Positions 56,993 through 64,000 of a stretch of 64,000 bases of DNA are shown here, in pieces. The notes below the pieces were generated by a model that worked only from the letters and a program-made list of their open reading frames with translations, made no database searches and was not told the DNA's origin. A program made the position numbers and the translations under genes. Position 1 is the first letter of the stretch; each line of letters opens with the position of its first letter. The stretch is from contig JAPMXV010000001.1 of the NCBI GenBank assembly GCA_026936335.1, positions 310,001-374,000 of the forward strand, given 5' to 3'. This DNA is from Mantamonas sphyraenae STR306. Lineage: Eukaryota; Protista; CRuMs.

Positions 56993-59900
56993 CCAGTCGA
57001 GTCGACCTGCGAGTTGAGCACAGACGCTCCGCCGGACAGGTGGGTGATTTGTGAGCTCAGTTCCGAATCAAAGCGTTCAAAGCCCATGCCGTGATCGTGC
57101 ATGGGTCGCTTGCCCTTGGTGATGATAAAATAGACACCTCCTCCAAAAATGCCCACCACAGCCACAATCACAGTCACAGGAATCCACACGTCGTCATCTT
57201 GCCCCGGCGTGCTTGCGTGCGGCGTGGAGCTGGGCTTGCCAGAGTTGGAAGCGGTGGGAGTCGCCGTCGGAAGAGGCGATGGCGTCGAAGGAGGAAGCAC
57301 AGGCGCTGCAGTCGCCATCGGTTGCGCCCAGGGCCTCATCGGCGGCAAGCACCAATCCAGCGCTCCCGACGACCACAGCGCCTGAACATTGGCAGCCGTG
57401 GACGACGTGAGGAACGATGTCAGGTCGCGCGCCTGGATGTTTGCCTTGATCTGCTCCACCGACAGCTCGGTGACGAGGATGCCTAGATCGCCCACGCCCT
57501 CGTACACCGCAAACAGGCGGCCAATGGCATAGTCCGCTGTGATGTACACCACCTTTTTCGCGTCCAGTGTGTAGTATGTCTCTTTCTTGGCCAGAGGCAC
57601 AGATTCCAGCACCGAGCTGACCATGATCGACACCCTGTTCGTTTGGCCCACCACCGACTCCACCGTGAACAGAAGATCTCTGTACACGGCAAAAATGCCT
57701 CTGTACTGCCACTCAGACACCTTTATCATGGGCCGCAGGCCACTGGTGGCAATGCTCGATACCAGCGGTCCGCGTTCCAGTGCGTACAAGATGTCCACGT
57801 CGGGGGAGCCCACCACGTAGTCTTTGGCAGCCACAGAGGTAACCGACAGTTCGCTGATAGTACCTGCACTGCGCGTCACCAGCGGCATCAGCGTCAGAAC
57901 CTGTGACGACCCCCACAGAAACGGCCGCGAATAGAAAAGAGTGCACTCGGCTCCAAACGCGCCGTAGCAACTGAGCATGAGTAGACGCGAGTTACCAGCC
58001 ACGTCCATGACAGGGCGAGTCACCAGGTCCATACTGGTTGTGTTGAACGGGCTTGCTCCATCTGAATTCAGCGCATTTGTATGCCGCAAGGAAGTCAGCT
58101 GTGTGAGATTGCCCCCCGGCTCATGTGCTTGCAGCGACCACAGCGTTTGCATAGTGTCGTATGATTGCATACCACCCCACTTATATCCCTCTGGGACGGT
58201 AGTGCAGCTGATATTCTGACCAGCGGCCGGCGTCACGGCCGTCGGCTCAAACGCAAACAGATCGTTCAAGGAAAGGGCGAGGAGAGACGGCGGATGTGTA
58301 AAAACGCGGCAATCGGTCATTTGAAGCATGTCAAACCGCAACGAACAGCGGATCGACCCGGCCGGCGCGGCCAAGTGCAGCCAGATCCATCCATACGATG
58401 CACACGCTGCCTCGGTGCGGTTCTGCACACGGATGCTGCTCACAAACCTTTTCTGTGGTTTGGTGAAAGCGTTGCACGTCAGCGGCACAGGTGTGCTTCC
58501 CAGAGGATGTGCAGTGGCGTCGCGGCGGTCCACAGCAACCAGGGAACCCGACGACAGCAGCACAAACGAATAGTGGCCAGTCACATCCTTGGCCACCACA
58601 CAAGGCACGGCTCCGTTGGTGGTGGGCACGTCTCCAACCACAACCTGCGCGTTGTCTGTGGAGTTGGCGGCGGCCGGCACACGCAGAAGCCGGTATTTCG
58701 TCGCCGCAGCGCCCATCGTCTCGAACTGGAACCAGTATAGCATGTCTTGCGAACGATCGTAGTGCAGTCCCACCTGAGCGTACATGGCACTTGGGATGTC
58801 CAGCTCAACCACGGGCATCATGCGGGCCACGGTCACGGTGGTGTCTACCACGTGCTCTTTCAACTCCTGTCCCCGCATGAGAAAGTTGGCCGACAACCAA
58901 TACACAGGCTGGGTCTCGCCCAAGAACACAAAGGCTGCCGGGAGCAAGCGCTTGCTGTCAAAGAGCATCACCGGCGGCGTGGGATCTTCAGGAACCGTCG
59001 CAAAGGACATGATGACCGAGTGCTGGTACTCGGCATATTCAAAGGCCACCAAGAGACGATCATGAGCCTCAAACGGGTCCAAGGTAAGTGCAGTGACGGT
59101 AAAGTCGTCTAGAACGGGCGCAGCCGAGTTTGGGGTGCCCACCACCACGCCCGAGGTGTTGAACACACGCGGCTCTGTGTCCGACACCCTCATGGTCTGC
59201 ACCTGCTTGGCTCCTTGAGTGCCTACCAGATACATCTGGCAGGTGGCGCCGTTGATGGCAGCGTCTGCCCAGACGCTGAAGCGGCTCTCTGCCATCACCT
59301 CAGACAGGCTTGCGTTGTGGACCGGGTGTGTGGATGGGTTGCTGGCGTTGTGGAAGAGGTGGTCGATGCGCACCAAATGCTTCTGTTGCACGTCCGTGTT
59401 GAGCACGAGGGCAAACAAAGAGTGGCGAAGCTGGTCAAAGGACAAGGAGAGCGACGCCTCGTTGGCTTGCAGCACCAGCAAGCTCTTGCACTTGGAACCA
59501 ACATCCATGCCCGGTTGAACGTCACTCAGGGCGCAGAACATGGTCCCCGACAGGGACATGGCCACGTAGATGCGGTCGCCCAGGTTGTCAAAGGTCACGT
59601 CGACGACGTTGCCTCGGAGAGCGCCGCCAAACTGGATGTTTTGCGGGTGGTGCATCCGCATGTCTGTGCGGATGAGGTAGGGTTGTTGTACAGTAAGATA
59701 CACCTGGCGACGCCACCAGTTCACTTGCAGCGTGCTGATGGTACGCGAGGGGATTTCAGGAAACTCGGCCTTGCTGGCCAGATTTGGACACCCGGGCACC
59801 GTGCACCCGAACACAGACACACCGGCGGAAATGTACAGTGCACGCTCAATGGGATCGTAATCCATGGACGTGACGGGCGAATTGGTCACAGTGTCGAGCT

Positions 59901-60411
59901 GCTGGATGGCCACAGGCGCTGCAATGCCTGTGGCAGGGTCCACCTGCCCGCCAACCATGGTCAGCGAATATAGCGTGGCCGACGCCGCGTAGTACAGATG
60001 GTGTTCACTCATGACGATGCCTGTGGCACTTTTCCCCACGGTGTTGACCAGGTGCGTCAGGTTGGAGCCGTCCAGCTCGGAGGCAAACACTCCCACACTG
60101 GTCTCGGTCCAGTACAGCTTGCCACGGCCACCATCTGCTTCGGCGTTCACTTGGATGGTTGATGCAGCGTGCAGGGGCACGTATGCAAAGTTGGGCTTGT
60201 TCTCAGGGACCGTTACGCTGCTGAAATCGTTCGAGTCGATGATGACCCTTCGCATCGCAGGCACACAGTTGATGGGCGAGTCTGGACAGTGGCCAGACTG
60301 GATCACCACGCTGCGCTGAGTCGAAGTCGCCCCATGTGCCCCTGTTGCCAAGTGGAGCACCAGCAACAACGCCACCAGCACAGTTCGCAGCAGCAACGTG
60401 TGGTGTCGCAT
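56938..60411 (-). CDS. Type I membrane protein with YWTD/LDLR-class-B-like beta-propellers
   Basis: Signal peptide MRHHTLLLRTVLVALLLV; LYWTE, MDYDPIERALYIS, FDNLGDRIYVA and HYDRSQDMLYWF motifs; a P/T/S stalk; one TM (VWIPVTVIVAVVGIFGGGVYFII); cytosolic YARL motif. Confidence 0.7.
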   Translation of the reverse strand: MRHHTLLLRTVLVALLLVLHLATGAHGATSTQRSVVIQSGHCPDSPINCVPAMRRVIIDSNDFSSVTVPENKPNFAYVPLHAASTIQVNAEADGGRGKLYWTETSVGVFASELDGSNLTHLVNTVGKSATGIVMSEHHLYYAASATLYSLTMVGGQVDPATGIAAPVAIQQLDTVTNSPVTSMDYDPIERALYISAGVSVFGCTVPGCPNLASKAEFPEIPSRTISTLQVNWWRRQVYLTVQQPYLIRTDMRMHHPQNIQFGGALRGNVVDVTFDNLGDRIYVAMSLSGTMFCALSDVQPGMDVGSKCKSLLVLQANEASLSLSFDQLRHSLFALVLNTDVQQKHLVRIDHLFHNASNPSTHPVHNASLSEVMAESRFSVWADAAINGATCQMYLVGTQGAKQVQTMRVSDTEPRVFNTSGVVVGTPNSAAPVLDDFTVTALTLDPFEAHDRLLVAFEYAEYQHSVIMSFATVPEDPTPPVMLFDSKRLLPAAFVFLGETQPVYWLSANFLMRGQELKEHVVDTTVTVARMMPVVELDIPSAMYAQVGLHYDRSQDMLYWFQFETMGAAATKYRLLRVPAAANSTDNAQVVVGDVPTTNGAVPCVVAKDVTGHYSFVLLSSGSLVAVDRRDATAHPLGSTPVPLTCNAFTKPQKRFVSSIRVQNRTEAACASYGWIWLHLAAPAGSIRCSLRFDMLQMTDCRVFTHPPSLLALSLNDLFAFEPTAVTPAAGQNISCTTVPEGYKWGGMQSYDTMQTLWSLQAHEPGGNLTQLTSLRHTNALNSDGASPFNTTSMDLVTRPVMDVAGNSRLLMLSCYGAFGAECTLFYSRPFLWGSSQVLTLMPLVTRSAGTISELSVTSVAAKDYVVGSPDVDILYALERGPLVSSIATSGLRPMIKVSEWQYRGIFAVYRDLLFTVESVVGQTNRVSIMVSSVLESVPLAKKETYYTLDAKKVVYITADYAIGRLFAVYEGVGDLGILVTELSVEQIKANIQARDLTSFLTSSTAANVQALWSSGALDWCLPPMRPWAQPMATAAPVLPPSTPSPLPTATPTASNSGKPSSTPHASTPGQDDDVWIPVTVIVAVVGIFGGGVYFIITKGKRPMHDHGMGFERFDSELSSQITHLSGGASVLNSQVDSTGYARLDDTYRSDGRIERE

Positions 60412-60468
60412 GGGCAGACGTGTGTGGATCGGCCCGCGCGTTCCCGCAACGATTCTCTGCCTCGGTCC

Positions 60469-61819
60469 ATGTTGCGCACAGTGGTGTTGACCCTGCTTGT
60501 GCTGCTGGCCTGCCATGTACATATTCCTGCAGGTGTGCCAGGTAGCACAGGCGCAGAGGCGGCGCAGGAGACCTGTGTGTACGGGACGTTTGGGTTGCAC
60601 AACGCGGCCCGAGCTGCTGCTGGCTGTGAATGGCACCAACAGCACGGGCGTCAACGTCACCTTTTCCCAGCTCCCCGGTGTGGACGAATTTAGAGTATAC
60701 ATCGCCCGTGTGGGCTTCAACACCCCTCTGTATCCAATGCCTGTCGACCCTGCGCGCAACCCGACCGTTGCCAGCATGCGCAGCGGCACCACACTCGGCG
60801 ATGCACAGGACTCGCAGCAAACCCTCGTCGCAACCGTGTCCAGTGCTCTCGCCAACGGCGACGTCACTGTCCGCGTGGGCAACCTCTCCACAGACGCCAC
60901 ATACTACGTCAACGTGCTTGCACTCCATCGCAGCTCCAACAACCGCACCGCCTACAACGGCCTCTTTGTGCACACTCGCGGCTACGACGGGGCTGCAGAG
61001 CTGCCTGTTGCCACTCTGCTCATATGGTTTCTGCTCCCGTTTGCCCTCACTCTCGTGTGCTGCGGCTGCCTCTCCTACGGTGCGCACACACACACTCGTC
61101 GTCCATCCCACCTCCTTGGCCACAAGCGACCAGAGCGTCAGGTTGCACGCTGCAATGCCGTCACTGCTCTTGTCTGCCTCTTTGTCGTCTGCGCCCCCAT
61201 TGCTCTCGGCGCGTACTACGGCGTCATTGAACCAGACTTTGGCGTCCTTGCCTACATGCGCGAAACAACCTGCTCCATTGTCTCGGTGGCAGCGGACAGC
61301 AACAGTGCAGGCAACACAACCATGGTCACCTTCAATGCTCTGGCTCCAGGTGCACGCAGCCCCACACAGTTTGTCCGCTCCCTGGCAAACCTCACCGGCG
61401 ACCCAAACACTGTCCAGCGTCTGGTCGGCCGCACCACCATGTGCTTTGTCAGCGACTACTATGCTCGTTCCACCTCCCACCTCCTGGCCAACCGGCCCTC
61501 TCTGCACACACGCAGCTACCCCGTCACCGACCCGCAGCTTCTCACATACCGTCTGGCCACTCCCGAACACAACGTTCTTCTCTACGTCGTCGTCACAACT
61601 TCGGCCGCCATCGGCGCCTCTTGTTGCCTCGTCAACTCCTTCCTCTGGACTCTCTCCACGTGGAGGGCGGGAGCCGAGGAGAGGCCCGACGACTCTTCCG
61701 ACGACGAAATCTACGACGAGGAGGAAGCCGAGCTCCACGGCCTCGTGACCCCGACCAAGACTGGCGCCTCTGCATCAATGGGCGCCCCAGAAAGGAAGAT
61801 TGTGCTGGGAAAGTTGTGA
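60469..61819 (+). CDS. Secretory-pathway membrane protein with an FN3-like domain and three TM helices
   Basis: Signal peptide MLRTVVLTLLVLLAC joins the long ORF via a 1-nt frame break at ~60607. FN3-like VGNLSTDATYYVNVLA, three hydrophobic segments and an acidic tail. Confidence 0.6.
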
Positions 61820-61832
61820 AAACGAATTGAAA

Positions 61833-64000
61833 TCATTGTTCGCCATCCTCATCTTGGCCGTCCTCTTGCTCTTCATCCTCCTCCTCGTTGTGAACTTCCA
61901 TGCCATCGTCTTCTTGGTTCTCATCCTGTTGTTCTTGCTCATCACCGTCCTCGCCATCATTCTCTTCGCCTGCGTCCTGCTCGTTGTCAGCATCCTCCTC
62001 AGCAGCCCCATCGTCCCCAGCATCTTCTCCGCCGTCTTCGTCTTCCACCTGAGCTTCCTCTCCCTGCTCCTCCATCTCATCGACATCGTTCTGCGCCTGC
62101 TCATCCTCATCCTCTTCCTGTTCCTTGTCTTCCGTTTCTGCTGCCTTTGCTCGTCCAAACGACCGCTTGCGCCCAAACGTTTTCCGCGCAAAGGTGCTCT
62201 CCTCCTTGCTGCCCTCGCTGCCGCCTCCGCTCAGCCGCCGTGCAAACGGGTTCGCCTTGCGCCTCGACACCACAGGTGCTGCCGACGAGCTCGACGCCTC
62301 TTCTGCCGCCTTGGCCACCACGTCTGCCTCATCCCCCTGCAGCAAAGGGTTGTCCTTTTGCCCTCCGCTTCCGCGCATCATCTTGCGCACCGCGCTCTGG
62401 AATCGGCTTGTCTTGGCCACCTTGCGCGGCTGAGCCACCTCGTTGCCTGCATCTTCCCCTCCCAGCGCCTCGCCATCTTCGTCATCCTCATCCACCGTCC
62501 CGCTGTCGTTTCGGTCACCGTTCTCGCTTCCACCATTGCTTCCGCTGTCCTTTGTGTCCTCGATCTTTCGTTTCCTTGCATTGGCCATCTTCTTCGACGT
62601 GCCCGTCTTGCGTCCTGCCAATCTGCTCAGAGCACTCGACTCTGACCCGCTGCGCTTCATCGACGATCGTTCTTCCTCCGACTTTTTCGCCTTGGCCATG
62701 CTCAAGGCCTTGGTCTTGCGCTTCGGCGCATCCGAGCCGTCCGTGCTCAGCGACGAAGACGATCCCGAGCGGTTCATCGCTCCGCCGCCCATCACCATGG
62801 CGTCGCCGTTGTCCCCTGGCGACCCTGCACTCGACGCCTGCTTGCGAGGCACAGGCAGTGCCTTCTTCTTCTTTTCTGCAGATCCCGGCGTGCTGCTGTC
62901 TCCTTTCTTGTCTTTCTCCTTGTTGCTCTTTGCCTTGCTGCGCCCGTCTGGAATCTTCAGCGATGGCAACACAGCAGGGCTTGTGCTGCGTGCGTCGCTG
63001 CCCTTTGCAGCTGCCTCCTTCTCTGCTCGCACAGACGCCATCACCTTGAACGCTCCCTTGCGTCCACCCTTACCCGCTGATCCTTGCTTCTTGCCGTTTC
63101 CATCTTCCTCCTCCTCTGTCTCCATCGACTTGCTACCTCCAGTCTCCTTGGCGCCTCCACCAAACATGGCTTGCGTCACCTCATCTTCAGAGGCCGATGC
63201 TGTACTCGCGGCGGCTGCCACGTTGCTCGCCGTGCTTGCTGTCGTCTTTTGCGCCTTCAACTTCTTCTCCAGCAGCGCCGCACGCTTCTTCAACATGTTT
63301 TCACGCTTCTCCAGCGCATCCTTGGCGTCCTCAGCCACACTCACCGCTTGTTCCAACTCTGCCACGCGGGCTTGCAGCTTTTCGATCGTCTGCTTGGCCA
63401 GCTCGTACGTCTTGCTGACCGTTTGCAGCCTCTTTTTCCATTCGGCAGAGTCAACGCCGCTTGCGGATGCACCCGACGCAGACAAAGACGCTGTGGCCCC
63501 GCCCGCCGACGGCGCTGCACCCGAGCTTGTTTCCTGTTGCAGCTTCTTGTACTTGCTGCGCCAATTCGTCGCAATGGTGTGCAGCTTCTTGTACTTGTCG
63601 TCGGCAGCCACCTTGTCCGCTTCCAGCTTCTTGATCGAGTCCTGCGCCTCGGACAGACGCTTGTCCGTCGCCGCAGCTGCCGCATTCTTCTTGGCCTGCT
63701 TCACCTGAGCCTGCGCCGCGCTCACTTGCTTCTGCAGGGCCTCGTTCTCGCTGCGTAGCTTCTTCAACGCCGCCGGATCCACACGCTGTTCCATCAACTG
63801 CTTCACTCGCTTGCTCCAGCTCTTGTTGTGCGCCTCCAGCGCCTCCTTCTCCGCCTCCAGCTGCTCCTTTTGCAGCTCCAATTCACGTGAAGCGGCCTTG
63901 GCCTCCTCGGCCTTGTTGCGTGCTTCCGCGGCATCCTTCTGCAGCTCCTCCATGCGTTTCACGCTGCGCTCGTTTTCGCGTCGCAGCATGCTGTTGGATT
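61833..64000 (-). CDS. TPR: Nuclear-basket nucleoporin TPR/Mlp1-like protein, C-terminal part (5' end beyond the window)
   Basis: The coiled coil MLRRENER...LEAHNKSWSKRVKQLMEQRVDP..LKKL parallels TPR (MLREEKER...LEEDVKRWKARNQHL...DP), followed by a disordered acidic tail. Confidence 0.7.
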   Translation of the reverse strand, partial: SNSMLRRENERSVKRMEELQKDAAEARNKAEEAKAASRELELQKEQLEAEKEALEAHNKSWSKRVKQLMEQRVDPAALKKLRSENEALQKQVSAAQAQVKQAKKNAAAAATDKRLSEAQDSIKKLEADKVAADDKYKKLHTIATNWRSKYKKLQQETSSGAAPSAGGATASLSASGASASGVDSAEWKKRLQTVSKTYELAKQTIEKLQARVAELEQAVSVAEDAKDALEKRENMLKKRAALLEKKLKAQKTTASTASNVAAAASTASASEDEVTQAMFGGGAKETGGSKSMETEEEEDGNGKKQGSAGKGGRKGAFKVMASVRAEKEAAAKGSDARSTSPAVLPSLKIPDGRSKAKSNKEKDKKGDSSTPGSAEKKKKALPVPRKQASSAGSPGDNGDAMVMGGGAMNRSGSSSSLSTDGSDAPKRKTKALSMAKAKKSEEERSSMKRSGSESSALSRLAGRKTGTSKKMANARKRKIEDTKDSGSNGGSENGDRNDSGTVDEDDEDGEALGGEDAGNEVAQPRKVAKTSRFQSAVRKMMRGSGGQKDNPLLQGDEADVVAKAAEEASSSSAAPVVSRRKANPFARRLSGGGSEGSKEESTFARKTFGRKRSFGRAKAAETEDKEQEEDEDEQAQNDVDEMEEQGEEAQVEDEDGGEDAGDDGAAEEDADNEQDAGEENDGEDGDEQEQQDENQEDDGMEVHNEEEDEEQEDGQDEDGEQ

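Noticed and set aside
1-64000. Alternative genetic code, prokaryotic or viral origin, mobile elements, tRNA/rRNA
   Set aside because: TAA, TAG and TGA all end conserved genes, spliceosomal introns and core eukaryotic genes occur throughout, and no transposase, RT, integrase, cloverleaf or rRNA signature was seen.

Overview
This is a gene-dense, GC-rich window from a eukaryote, most likely a flagellated protist. It holds about 29 protein-coding genes with short GT-AG introns (donors gtacgt/gtatgc/gtaggt/gtaagt) and very short intergenic spacers, often 13-65 bp. Recognisable core genes are UTP23, PRPF6, SRP14, AP-2 alpha, SNIP1, INTS8, a DPP4-family peptidase, a Slo/BK channel, an MDC1-like protein, a sphingolipid kinase, STPG1, LAMTOR1 and nucleoporin TPR. 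The most notable items are: an OSCA/TMEM63-type channel carrying a ~720-aa IPT/Ig-like ectodomain; a head-to-head pantothenate cluster (PanB-PanE fusion plus PanC); a PX-domain/NCS-type Ca2+-sensor fusion; a Sac1/pseudo-5-phosphatase/C2-C2 protein; a BAR-CRIB-STE20 kinase; a likely U17/snR30-type H/ACA snoRNA missed by the ORF track; and two type II membrane beta-propeller proteins resembling PVC-bacterial families. About nine single-base frame breaks sit in otherwise intact genes and are most likely assembly errors. All family assignments come from motif recognition by eye, not database searches. No tRNA, rRNA, CRISPR array or mobile element was seen.
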